From a phage, in the sequence record PX436236.1: a DNA stretch of 64,000 bases; one strand, 5' to 3'. Position numbers and translations under genes: made by a program. Position 1 is the first letter of the stretch; each line of letters starts with the position of its first letter. A model generated the notes under the pieces. The model did no database searches, was not told where the DNA came from, and was given only the letters and a program-made list of their open reading frames with translations. Below are positions 27,795-36,470 of the stretch, piece by piece.

Positions 27795-28097
27795 TTATTT
27801 ACCTTTAATTGCTTTAGCTGCTTCGGTAGCCGCTTGCTGAAGGTCATCCATAGACATACCGAACTTAGAAGCAAAGTTATCAATTTTCTTTTCGACAGAA
27901 TTCAAAGGCTTGGCCTGTTTACCTTCATTAGCGCCTGGGAGAGCGAGAATACGCTCTTTGTCAATATAAAGGCTTACAAGTTTCTTACGGTCTTTATCGG
28001 GCAAATCATGAAATGAATGGGCCTTTTTATTTACGGCGGCTTCTAATTTACCCGCACTTACTCGCGCTTCGGTGATAAATTCTTGATAGGTTTTCAT
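27795..28097 (-). CDS. ipII: Internal protein II-like (CTS-bearing)
   Basis: MKTYQEFITEARVSAGKLEAAV...; 100 aa; lies beside denV as T4 ipII does. Confidence 0.6.
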   Translation of the reverse strand: MKTYQEFITEARVSAGKLEAAVNKKAHSFHDLPDKDRKKLVSLYIDKERILALPGANEGKQAKPLNSVEKKIDNFASKFGMSMDDLQQAATEAAKAIKGK

Positions 28098-28138
28098 ATG
28101 TTTCCTTTAAATGTAAATAGGTCCGAGTATTCGCTTTA

Positions 28139-28735
28139 TTAATTACCACGGGCTGCATTAGCAACGGCGTAAGCGTACTGAATATTAGCGTCTTTAAACG
28201 TACCTTTAGAGGTATCTAGTTCTGCCTTAAAGCCGCCTTTAACCATAACATCAGCAAATTCTTTACGGAAAGTCATTGCATCAAGACCTTTCCATGCGGA
28301 TTTATGCTTGGCAAATTCAAGACCGGCGAAGTTAACTGCTTTAGCCAATTTATTATCAATAGTCCATTTACCTGCTTTAGGTACAAACACCGGGCCTTTC
28401 TGTTTAGAGAACAGTTTTAAATTCCAGCGACGAAGGTCACCGTCAGCTTTAACAAAAGCTGCGTCCAAGTTACTAGCAACAACATCTTGGATATGGGCAA
28501 ATTTAAGTCCATCAGCTTCAATATTTAGGTCGTTACGCCAGCGAAGTCCTTCCCAGGCGAAAGCTTTAAAGTCGGAAGCTTTTGTAGCCAAGTACCGTTC
28601 AATAGGAGCTGTTTTAGCGTCAAAACCGTTTCCTGGGTTGTCAACGCCGTTTCCTTTGTAAGTCCACTCATCTTTATTAATGCCTTGGACCTTTCCTACA
28701 GAAGCTTCGGCGATAAATTCTTTATACGTTTTCAT
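28139..28735 (-). CDS. ipIII: Internal protein III-like (CTS-bearing)
   Basis: MKTYKEFIAEASVGK...; 198 aa; between the ipII-like gene and e. Confidence 0.6.
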   Translation of the reverse strand: MKTYKEFIAEASVGKVQGINKDEWTYKGNGVDNPGNGFDAKTAPIERYLATKASDFKAFAWEGLRWRNDLNIEADGLKFAHIQDVVASNLDAAFVKADGDLRRWNLKLFSKQKGPVFVPKAGKWTIDNKLAKAVNFAGLEFAKHKSAWKGLDAMTFRKEFADVMVKGGFKAELDTSKGTFKDANIQYAYAVANAARGN

Positions 28736-28782
28736 ACGGGTTCCTTAAAGGAAAATATTTTAATTGGTCTGTTCAAGTAACT

Positions 28783-28816
28783 GTAGATATACTATCACAA
28801 TTCTAGGAGATGTAAA
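28783..28816 (-). promoter_or_regulatory. Early promoter GTTTACA-N16-TAGTAT (PeSL variant)
   Basis: Minus-strand promoter upstream of the ipIII-like gene. Confidence 0.4.
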
Positions 28817-28817
28817 C

Positions 28818-29216
28818 TTATTTATAGGTCTTCATCCAATTCTTGAACAAAGCCGCGACGTCTTTCTCTTTAACGTTCAGTTTAATGTCCAACATTTTAC
28901 CACCCGCTGCTCTGGTTTGGCGAATCTTAGCAGTACCGGTTTCGCCATTCCACTCAACATAATACTGTCCAGTGTTCATTGCAATACCATCACCGTAGTC
29001 TTCATTTTTAGAAGTGGTGAATGCTAGCTTCATAGTCTTAGATACATGAGCCTGCATGCCTGTCTGAAGGGCATTACGAACGCGAATAACCTGAGGAGTG
29101 GCCTGGGTCAAGTTCTCATTCAGTTCTTCAGTGAACTCTTCAGATTCAAACATCGCCAAAAGTTCTTTAGATGCAGGAATTACATTCTCTGCGATAAATT
29201 CATTATAAGTTTTCAT
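28818..29216 (-). CDS. Internal-protein-type virion cargo protein ([14 protein letters not shown]), no T4 counterpart recognised
   Basis: N-terminal CTS; 132 aa; start overlaps the 3' end of e. Confidence 0.55.
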   Translation of the reverse strand: MKTYNEFIAENVIPASKELLAMFESEEFTEELNENLTQATPQVIRVRNALQTGMQAHVSKTMKLAFTTSKNEDYGDGIAMNTGQYYVEWNGETGTAKIRQTRAAGGKMLDIKLNVKEKDVAALFKNWMKTYK

Positions 29217-29697
29217 ATGCTTTCCAAGTACCTGTTTTAAATGTTGAAATCACGCGCTTAGCACGATTAGGAGTTTGTTTATACCAACGGGATTGAGCCA
29301 GGTTAACTGCCGCATCGTTCCAACGTTTCTGTTGGAGCATACGTAAAGAGTTAGTGAACCCTGCTACGCCTGCTTCACCCATTTGGAAGACCATGTTAAT
29401 TAAAGCACAACGACGAACTTCGTCCAGTACATCATAAACAGGTTTCAATTTAGGATTACGCAGAATAGCTCTACGAGCATTTTCAACCGATCGGTTAAAG
29501 AGTTGTTCAGCTTCAGCCATAGTAATACGACCATTACAAACTCGACCTATAAGCTTATCAAGTTCAGCACGAGCAACATCTTTAGAAGGGTTCTTAGTAA
29601 TCAATTGGCCGATACCAATAGTCCAATAACCTTCAGTGTCTTTATAAAGATTTAAATCAAGACCTTCGTCTTGACGTAACATATCAAAAATATCCAT
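29203..29697 (-). CDS. e: Endolysin (T4 lysozyme e)
   Basis: 164-aa [30 protein letters not shown]...; catalytic Glu11/Asp20 context conserved. Confidence 0.92.
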   Translation of the reverse strand: MDIFDMLRQDEGLDLNLYKDTEGYWTIGIGQLITKNPSKDVARAELDKLIGRVCNGRITMAEAEQLFNRSVENARRAILRNPKLKPVYDVLDEVRRCALINMVFQMGEAGVAGFTNSLRMLQQKRWNDAAVNLAQSRWYKQTPNRAKRVISTFKTGTWKAYENL

Positions 29698-29700
29698 AAT

Positions 29701-29727
29701 ACCTCCTGAGTATAGGAGGTATTTATA
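29701..29727 (-). promoter_or_regulatory. SD-sequestering hairpin plus late promoter TATAAATA upstream of e
   Basis: Minus-strand TATAAATA (29720-29727) followed by ACCTCCT-atactc-AGGAGGT enclosing the SD of e. Confidence 0.5.
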
Positions 29728-30177
29728 TCAAAAGAGCGAATCTAAAACCTTAAACATCGACGGGCCCATGACATATTCCCATTGCGGACGTTTAATCAAG
29801 GCAAAAGCATCAAATTCAGGAATAGTACGACCGTCAGGGAACGTATGGTAAGCCGTACATTTGCAATCCTTGAACTGCTCGTGTTCCACAGGCACCGTAT
29901 ATAAGAACAGATGTAGATTCTTATTGCTTGAATATTTGAACTCACCCAGGTCTTTCAGGAACGCAGGATCGTATGCTGTGAATCCAATCTCTTCTTCGGT
30001 TTCGCGCATTGCCGCTTGAATGGGCTCTTCGCCTGGTTCGACATGACCCTTAGGAATGTCCCATTTATGACGCATATTCTCTGGATTACGAGAGCCTGTT
30101 ACACGGCCCATGACCAGTTCTTTATCAACGGTCATGAATAAAATACCGGCAGATAGTTCTTTCACTTTCTTACTCAT
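29728..30177 (-). CDS. nudE: Nudix hydrolase NudE
   Basis: Nudix box GHVEPGEEPIQAAMRETEEEIGF; start MSKKVKEL at 30177. Confidence 0.8.
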   Translation of the reverse strand: MSKKVKELSAGILFMTVDKELVMGRVTGSRNPENMRHKWDIPKGHVEPGEEPIQAAMRETEEEIGFTAYDPAFLKDLGEFKYSSNKNLHLFLYTVPVEHEQFKDCKCTAYHTFPDGRTIPEFDAFALIKRPQWEYVMGPSMFKVLDSLF

Positions 30178-30406
30178 CGTCTCGTTCCCATGATTGTTTA
30201 AAAATATCTTGCATAATAATTTGAAGTCTATTTTCTGATGATGGACTTTCACTATCAGACACTTGAAGCATATAGTCACCAATAGGACAGAACATATCCA
30301 TATCGCTTTCTAAGTCTTCTTTAATTTTCTCTTCTGATGTTCCGGTATCATAGGAATACAGGTAAGAATCACATGACTCAGATTTAATATAAATTGCAAT
30401 ACTCAT
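30170..30406 (-). CDS. Hypothetical acidic small protein
   Basis: 78-aa ORF rich in D/E/S. Confidence 0.35.
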   Translation of the reverse strand: MSIAIYIKSESCDSYLYSYDTGTSEEKIKEDLESDMDMFCPIGDYMLQVSDSESPSSENRLQIIMQDIFKQSWERDDE

Positions 30407-30996
30407 TTACGGCATTCCTCAATAAACTCATTTAAATTCTGTTTGATTTTACCTTCGTCGTAAAGACGTTGTTGACGACGTAAACGCCATGGCATTTCAA
30501 TAGCCAAGCACCAAATACTTAAAGCAGCGCCAGCGGCGGCAAGGTTCATTAATCCAGCGCCAATAATAGTTCGTTCTAGCGCATCATTCCAGTTGGCATC
30601 GATTAAAAATGAACTCAGCACTAACATTGGAAGTAAAGTAATAAAATACGCTACAACATATCGTCCGAACGTAAGCCATTCAGTATCAATGAGCCTGGCC
30701 TTTCCATCTTGGAGACAAATATACTTATCGTCAGTGCGAGTGATTTTCTTTACTGGTTGCCAGCCGTTTACAATATAGCCCATTTTATATTCCTCAATTA
30801 AAAGCTGTTTCATTTCGGCAGTACAACCTGACCAATCTATTGTACTGGCTGAAATTCCTTCATCACCGTCATCGATATTTCGCCAGGACTTTTTAATAAT
30901 CATATGTTCACCACTTGGGATAATAATTCCGGCATTTTCCGACCTACGGATGAAGTTTGTATCAATACCCATACATCCAGGTTCATAAAGGGCCAT
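30403..30996 (-). CDS. Membrane protein with C-terminal NLNEFIEECRK tail
   Basis: 197-aa ORF; two or three hydrophobic helices; C-terminal motif shared with two other ORFs. Confidence 0.45.
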   Translation of the reverse strand: MALYEPGCMGIDTNFIRRSENAGIIIPSGEHMIIKKSWRNIDDGDEGISASTIDWSGCTAEMKQLLIEEYKMGYIVNGWQPVKKITRTDDKYICLQDGKARLIDTEWLTFGRYVVAYFITLLPMLVLSSFLIDANWNDALERTIIGAGLMNLAAAGAALSIWCLAIEMPWRLRRQQRLYDEGKIKQNLNEFIEECRK

Positions 30997-31685
30997 TACC
31001 AGCCCTCCATAGGAAATTCCAGATATACTTGAGCATTAACACGGATTTCATTAGTAATCTTTTTAACACGGTCTGTATTACGAGACACACGACCAAACCA
31101 GCGCCACCCATTACTTACTGCACGAGAACCTGTATGCCACGTCTGCCAATCAAACTGGAGCAACGTGCGGTCAGGAGCATCCCACTTAGTTAATTCATTA
31201 GACTCAATTTTTTCCAGAACTTCTTTATGCCACTGGCGATAGATAAGTTCGCCTTCAGGAATCTGACTGAACTGTGCAGTTCCGGTTGCAAAATGAGTAG
31301 GACACACATCAGCGTTAACAAGACCAAGAATATGTTCAGAATGGTATCGAGGATTGTCATAATCAGGTTGCCCTGCGGTAATAAAGTGTTGACCCACCGG
31401 AATATCCGGGCGTGGTACATCATCATGGTGATAACCTGGGATAGCAGGATACCAACCAGGCATCAGCATGTGAACACGAGAATCAAATACAATATCAGGG
31501 CCACATTGCCAATCTTCAGGCAGGTTTTCAATAAAGCTACGAGTAATAGGACCGCCGTGTTTATGAGCAAAATAAGCATCGCAATTAAAGAACATAGGCT
31601 CATTTTTAATCATATCATTACTGATATCTTGAGCAAAACCACCGACTGCACGAGCTTGAGAATTAAAAGTTTTCGGACCGTTCAT
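30996..31685 (-). CDS. Hypothetical protein (229 aa; His/Asp-rich, possible metalloenzyme)
   Basis: Long ORF; PGWYPAIPGYHHDD segment; no confident family call. Confidence 0.45.
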   Translation of the reverse strand: MNGPKTFNSQARAVGGFAQDISNDMIKNEPMFFNCDAYFAHKHGGPITRSFIENLPEDWQCGPDIVFDSRVHMLMPGWYPAIPGYHHDDVPRPDIPVGQHFITAGQPDYDNPRYHSEHILGLVNADVCPTHFATGTAQFSQIPEGELIYRQWHKEVLEKIESNELTKWDAPDRTLLQFDWQTWHTGSRAVSNGWRWFGRVSRNTDRVKKITNEIRVNAQVYLEFPMEGW

Positions 31686-31699
31686 AATATTTTCCTCAC

Positions 31700-31912
31700 T
31701 TACTTTTTGTTGAAAAAGTACATTTTACCTTTAGGGGATAAGGATACACGAAGTGCGTTACCAATACCAACTGAACATTTAACCAGGTCAGCAGATTTCA
31801 ATTCACCAAATGCTTGACGAAGGTCACCATCACGAGTGTTAACCATCAGGCATTTAGCACCAGCTGCACGAACTTCGTTTAACATGTTGATTGCTTGGTT
31901 AGAAAGTTTCAT
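31700..31912 (-). CDS. Hypothetical small protein
   Basis: Start MKLSNQAINML at 31912 with GGAGAA SD; PeSL promoter upstream. Confidence 0.4.
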   Translation of the reverse strand: MKLSNQAINMLNEVRAAGAKCLMVNTRDGDLRQAFGELKSADLVKCSVGIGNALRVSLSPKGKMYFFNKK

Positions 31913-31938
31913 TTTATTCTCCATTTCACTCTGTTGTT

Positions 31939-31978
31939 TTGATAGGTCTATAGTATCACACCTATAGACCTTGTACAC
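31939..31978 (-). promoter_or_regulatory. PeSL-type early promoter/stem-loop repeat
   Basis: GTGTACA-N16-TACTAT with conserved core; GGTCTATAG...CTATAGACC inverted repeat. Confidence 0.5.
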
Positions 31979-31990
31979 TGTTTTGTGCAA

Positions 31991-32950
31991 TTATTTTTCG
32001 AAAGGACGAATTAAATGATGGTTATCTTGGAAACGCTTGATGTAGTCGTTTTCACCTAAAGTCTTATACATATTCACTACAGCTTGGTAGTTTTCCCAGG
32101 CGTACTCGCGGAACCAACCTGAAGTGATTGAGGTACACACTTTCTCAAGAGCCATATAAAAACTTAATGATGGTGAAATATTGAAGTCATTAGGAACCTG
32201 TGAACGTTCTAGTGCCAGGACACAAGTTTCTTCATATACACCAGCCAGTTTAATAGCTTCAGGCAAAGCCTCGAACTTCTCACGAGAGGTCATGACTTCA
32301 GAACCTTCCTTCATATAAAAGGTATATGCAGGGCGTCCAGCCAATGCTACTGCTTCATGAATAGAGTCATGGTCCAGCGTATAAATGGTATCATTAAAGA
32401 ACGATGATTTGTTTACGTCCAATTTAGGGTGAGAATAGCTCAACGTTTCTTTTTGACGTTGCAGCATAATTTCCTGGAGTTCTTCGTTAAGGGTGATACC
32501 TTTATTACGAAGGTATTTGATGTGTGACATAGTTTTCAAGAAGAACGGATTATTCTTAAGGAAACGATGAGAGGTTTTGATAGCCAGACAGATATCAGGG
32601 GTGGCCCAATAGAAACCAGTAAGACGGTCCTTTTTAATATGATTTTCAGCATATTTCAGGAGACGATAGCTTGAAGTGAAATCTTCGTCTTGAAGCTCAC
32701 CGGTAATTTCTCGTACGTTAGTCAGAGCACGAACGATATAAGCTTCAAAATAGGTTTCTTTACCATTATGCATACATTTGAAAGCCTGGACATCAGGATT
32801 GTCAACGTGTACATGGGCGCCGAACATACGTGCTTTAAAGTGATTCCATGAGCCTTGGTCGGCAATGAAATCCCAATCAGAATTTTCGATATGCTTACTT
32901 TCAATCAGACCAGCGTGGTGCAGTGCACGAGAACCAATAACTAACATCAT
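31991..32950 (-). CDS. Hypothetical protein (319 aa), possible nucleotidyltransferase fold
   Basis: Start MMLVIGSRALHH at 32950 (GAGGAAAAT RBS); GS...SDWD arrangement loosely fits an NTase motif. Confidence 0.4.
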   Translation of the reverse strand: MMLVIGSRALHHAGLIESKHIENSDWDFIADQGSWNHFKARMFGAHVHVDNPDVQAFKCMHNGKETYFEAYIVRALTNVREITGELQDEDFTSSYRLLKYAENHIKKDRLTGFYWATPDICLAIKTSHRFLKNNPFFLKTMSHIKYLRNKGITLNEELQEIMLQRQKETLSYSHPKLDVNKSSFFNDTIYTLDHDSIHEAVALAGRPAYTFYMKEGSEVMTSREKFEALPEAIKLAGVYEETCVLALERSQVPNDFNISPSLSFYMALEKVCTSITSGWFREYAWENYQAVVNMYKTLGENDYIKRFQDNHHLIRPFEK

Positions 32951-32969
32951 AATATTTTCCTCAGTAAAC

Positions 32970-33209
32970 TTAAATTTCAGCGACGTAATCGTTATGCAAT
33001 TCCCACATATCATCAGAATTATTCTTAATGATAGGAATTATCTCATTAGAGATTTCTTCAGCATAAGGGTCATTGATACAGTGGGCATCTTCAAAACGAA
33101 CACCGTAATCAGACTTCTTATAAGAGAAGCCATAAATCTTTTTAAACTTGGCGCGAGTAATGCGTACCGGTTCATTAGACTTATCGGACATCGGAGCGTA
33201 ATACCACAT
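32970..33209 (-). CDS. Hypothetical small protein
   Basis: 79-aa ORF with GAGGAG RBS; promoter ATGTACA-N17-TACTAT upstream. Confidence 0.4.
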   Translation of the reverse strand: MWYYAPMSDKSNEPVRITRAKFKKIYGFSYKKSDYGVRFEDAHCINDPYAEEISNEIIPIIKNNSDDMWELHNDYVAEI

Positions 33210-33252
33210 ATGTTCTCCTCATGTTTGTGTAGGGTAATAGTAACATGATTTT

Positions 33253-33603
33253 CTAGAGTTGTACATCACTTCTGCAATATTCTAAAAATAATTTATCATT
33301 GTCTACTGTATCCCAACGACGCCAAGACGGGTTCCAGACCAAAGCGTTGTCACCACAATCATTGAGCTTAAAATGGTCGTAGTACATAGCTATGTGTCTA
33401 GTCTCGTCACCAGAGAACCCCAGTATAGGCTCACCGCGGGTGTGATACATATGATGGTGCATTGAGAGGTCGCATTTGTAAAACATCTCACGTTTACCAC
33501 GAACGAACAAGAAGGCCTGTCCATTCATATAGAATTCTTTATTTGTTTTCAAAAGATATTTGAATACTGAATCTTTATGCATAAGTCCTCCTACCACATC
33601 CAT
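33253..33603 (-). CDS. Hypothetical protein
   Basis: 116-aa ORF. Confidence 0.35.
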   Translation of the reverse strand: MDVVGGLMHKDSVFKYLLKTNKEFYMNGQAFLFVRGKREMFYKCDLSMHHHMYHTRGEPILGFSGDETRHIAMYYDHFKLNDCGDNALVWNPSWRRWDTVDNDKLFLEYCRSDVQL

Positions 33604-33612
33604 GTGGTTAAA

Positions 33613-33840
33613 TTATTTTCCTAACGAAATACGAGTAGGTTTTTTACCGAAATAGTCTTCATAAGAACCATCTAAACGACCTGCTTTAGACCGACAATAT
33701 GAATCGTACTTTTTGTAATAAGTCATCTCAGTATTATAACGCGGGTGTCTATCAGCCATAATAATACTTAACGGCCAACCTTTGGCATAATCGCGAAGAC
33801 CATTTATTTTACGAATGTATCTTTTCTTTAATTTTAGCAT
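33613..33840 (-). CDS. Hypothetical basic small protein
   Basis: 75-aa ORF; its ATG overlaps the stop of paralog 1 (ATGCTAA). Confidence 0.4.
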   Translation of the reverse strand: MLKLKKRYIRKINGLRDYAKGWPLSIIMADRHPRYNTEMTYYKKYDSYCRSKAGRLDGSYEDYFGKKPTRISLGK

Positions 33841-34058
33841 GAGCTCGGATACCAGATTTTACCATCGGCCTGAGCAACGAAGGTGCGACCAGCTTCTTCG
33901 CCATAACACGAGCTATTCAGCCAATCTTCGAGACGAACTTCACCGTCATAATCGTCGAGCTCAACACCAAAACTTTGAGCAGAAGCCATATCTTTTACTT
34001 TCTTATACAGTGCAGCCAGTTCAAGTGCAGCTTTTTCTAATTCATTAATATCAGACAT
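33834..34058 (-). CDS. Paralog 1 of the W-x-SS-x-C-terminal small acidic protein family
   Basis: 74 aa, ends ...GKIWYPSSC; GTTTACA at 34088-34094 upstream. Confidence 0.5.
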   Translation of the reverse strand: MSDINELEKAALELAALYKKVKDMASAQSFGVELDDYDGEVRLEDWLNSSCYGEEAGRTFVAQADGKIWYPSSC

Positions 34059-34069
34059 TTTTTATCACC

Positions 34070-34282
34070 TTAGCAAGACATAGAGGATGTAAACCAGAAA
34101 CCTTCACCTTCCGGAATACCGTAGTCATCACGGACCCATTCGTAATCATCATATTCCGGGTTCTTTGGAGAAATGTATTCTCCACGACCAGAAACACGGA
34201 ACTCTTCACCCGTTTCGTCAGCCACAGACTGGCCTTTACGTACTAATTCACGGATTTGGTTTTCAATTTCATCAATAGTCAT
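34070..34282 (-). CDS. Paralog 2 of the W-x-SS-x-C-terminal small acidic protein family
   Basis: 70 aa, ends ...GFWFTSSMSC. Confidence 0.5.
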   Translation of the reverse strand: MTIDEIENQIRELVRKGQSVADETGEEFRVSGRGEYISPKNPEYDDYEWVRDDYGIPEGEGFWFTSSMSC

Positions 34283-34291
34283 TTTATTTCC

Positions 34292-34573
34292 TTAACATTC
34301 AGAAGAAGAGGACACCCAACCACCATTTTCTAGGCTGGTAGTGTAATCATGTTGGTTTACAATAGCGTACTGAGCTTCACCGTATTCTTCCCAGTGGGCA
34401 AGGTCGGCTTTCAAGGCGCCAGGAGAATAATAGTCACCGCCCATACCGCGAGCAGGGTATATATTAAAATGAGTCTCATATTTGTTTGCAATTTCCTCGG
34501 CACGACGAATAGCTTTATGGATATCATTTACTGCTTCAGCCAATTCTTTATTTTTATGGTAATCATTCATCAT
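34292..34573 (-). CDS. Paralog 3 of the W-x-SS-x-C-terminal small acidic protein family
   Basis: 93 aa, ends ...GGWVSSSSEC. Confidence 0.5.
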   Translation of the reverse strand: MMNDYHKNKELAEAVNDIHKAIRRAEEIANKYETHFNIYPARGMGGDYYSPGALKADLAHWEEYGEAQYAIVNQHDYTTSLENGGWVSSSSEC

Positions 34574-34582
34574 AAAATTTCC

Positions 34583-34873
34583 TTAGCACATTGCCGAAGA
34601 GGAGATCCAAGCACCAACTGTAACGACGCCATTTTCAACTTCACCACCGTTGTTTTCAATTTCATCTTTAAACCACTGGGAGCATTCATAACCGACAGGA
34701 TAATATGTACGGCCTGAACCATAATCACCAGTACCGAATTGGATACCATACTTATCGGCAATAGCTTCACATTCATGTTCGATGGTATTCACTTTATTCA
34801 GAAGAGCATAGATAGCCTTTTCTGCAGATTTCTCATCATTGTGTTCCGGGATTTCAATTTCAATTTTATTCAT
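34583..34873 (-). CDS. Paralog 4 of the W-x-SS-x-C-terminal small acidic protein family
   Basis: 96 aa, ends ...GAWISSSAMC. Confidence 0.5.
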   Translation of the reverse strand: MNKIEIEIPEHNDEKSAEKAIYALLNKVNTIEHECEAIADKYGIQFGTGDYGSGRTYYPVGYECSQWFKDEIENNGGEVENGVVTVGAWISSSAMC

Positions 34874-35223
34874 GATTTACATTCCTTAATAAAGGTTTCA
34901 AGGTCATTACGTTTAGTTTGTTTTACATACTCATTATAATTAGCCATAGCTAAAGCATATCTCTTTTTACGTGGCTTGTTTATTTTATTAGTTTGGGCAA
35001 TATCAAAGACCCATGGGATAAAAAATCCTATTAAAGCCGGAACCCAAATCCATGCAAGGCTCATATCTTCAAACGGATGGCGAGGCATACCATTAATAAT
35101 CCCACCGACAAGAAATCCAATTATCCCTGCAGTCATACTAGTAGCAATGCCGAGGAATAAGGAAATAGCTATATCATAATCTGCTAATGCGTAACCAGGG
35201 TCGGTTTTACTAGGCTTATGCAT
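34870..35223 (-). CDS. Membrane protein with C-terminal DLETFIKECKS tail
   Basis: Start MHKPSKTD at 35223 (AGAGG RBS); hydrophobic helices; shared C-terminal motif. Confidence 0.4.
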   Translation of the reverse strand: MHKPSKTDPGYALADYDIAISLFLGIATSMTAGIIGFLVGGIINGMPRHPFEDMSLAWIWVPALIGFFIPWVFDIAQTNKINKPRKKRYALAMANYNEYVKQTKRNDLETFIKECKS

Positions 35224-35752
35224 TTTGAACCTCTTTAGCGTATTCGCGACATTCAGCAATAAAACGATTAAGCTTACGTTGTTGTTTACGACTTTCTAAT
35301 GTGTACTCATTAGCCAAAATAATAAGCTCATCTTTATCGTAATTTTTAATATCAGAGTAAGATGGGCGACGGTCAACCATTCCAAATACATCACCATTTT
35401 CTAAAGCTACATAACATACTAAATGGTAATCATCGTCTGCCATATTAAGAAGCACACAATCAGCGCTCTCGTTTAAAGAATATACCGAATAACGTAGTCC
35501 AGCGAATTCCACTCGTTGAATAGCCAGATTTACGTCAATAATTTCCAAAGCATCTTCAAAAGAAAGGTCTTCAGCTAAAGCAAAAATAAAAGGTAATTTG
35601 GTAGTATCGCCACGGCTAGATGTTCTGCTTAAGAAATCGTTTGAATAGCCTAGGTCTTGGCGAATTCTATAAAGAACTGAATTAGTTTCATGTGAAAGAC
35701 CACTATGCTTAAACCAATCAATATTTGATATCAGGTCGTCATATAAACTCAT
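35216..35752 (-). CDS. Hypothetical protein with C-terminal KLNRFIAECRE motif
   Basis: 178-aa ORF; stop overlaps the next gene's start. Confidence 0.4.
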   Translation of the reverse strand: MSLYDDLISNIDWFKHSGLSHETNSVLYRIRQDLGYSNDFLSRTSSRGDTTKLPFIFALAEDLSFEDALEIIDVNLAIQRVEFAGLRYSVYSLNESADCVLLNMADDDYHLVCYVALENGDVFGMVDRRPSYSDIKNYDKDELIILANEYTLESRKQQRKLNRFIAECREYAKEVQNA

Positions 35753-35800
35753 AATATTCTCCTCTCCTCCAAATAGGGAGACCGAAGTCTCCCAGTAACA

Positions 35801-36394
35801 TTACTTAAGTGAATTAATGTAGTCTTCGATATCAGCAGAAGTCGTATCCATTCCAACTTGTGGGCCTTTAAACGTTTCTACACGAAGCAGGGTGTCTTCA
35901 ATATCAATCTTAGTCAATGCAGCGATTTCAACAACATCATCGGCAGTAGCAATACCCAGGGCAGCCATATTACGAGTTTCACGAATGTACTCAAGCTTAA
36001 CCGCTAGTTCCTGGCGAGAGTCATCAAGTTCCTTAACCTTCAGTTTAATTTCATTACGCATTTCGATATAATCATCGGCTTTCTTACGAAGCTGGGTAGC
36101 TGTACGACGATAAAGGAGGCCAAGTTTAGCATGTACCTGGACATCAGCGCCTCCGGCAATCAGTTTACGAATTTCACGTTCTTTAGAAGCAGCGAGCTGG
36201 TCTTTTTCATTAGCCAATGCACGAATACGTTTTTCTTCATTCACAGACTTAACATGAGCAGTCTGGAGTTCAGTGATTTTATCAATCAGAGTAGAAGCAG
36301 CTTTTGTGTATTGGTCTTCGATTGACAGGTTCTGAGCCATTGCGGTGCCCAGTTTAGAACGAATGAATTCAACGATTTTCTTTAAAGTGTTCAT
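35801..36394 (-). CDS. Coiled-coil protein (197 aa)
   Basis: Long heptad-like helical sequence; promoter TTTACA-N17-TATAAT at 36438-36467 with a hairpin enclosing the -10. Confidence 0.4.
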   Translation of the reverse strand: MNTLKKIVEFIRSKLGTAMAQNLSIEDQYTKAASTLIDKITELQTAHVKSVNEEKRIRALANEKDQLAASKEREIRKLIAGGADVQVHAKLGLLYRRTATQLRKKADDYIEMRNEIKLKVKELDDSRQELAVKLEYIRETRNMAALGIATADDVVEIAALTKIDIEDTLLRVETFKGPQVGMDTTSADIEDYINSLK

Positions 36395-36470
36395 AGTATT
36401 TCCTTCAGTTGGTTAACGTTTTGTAATCCATGAGGACATTATACCCTGTCCTCTGAGGTTTGTAAACATT

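Noticed and set aside
35801-36394. PspA/ESCRT-III-like assignment for the 197-aa coiled-coil protein
   Set aside because: Only generic coiled-coil character is visible; no family-specific motif, so it is left as a coiled-coil protein.
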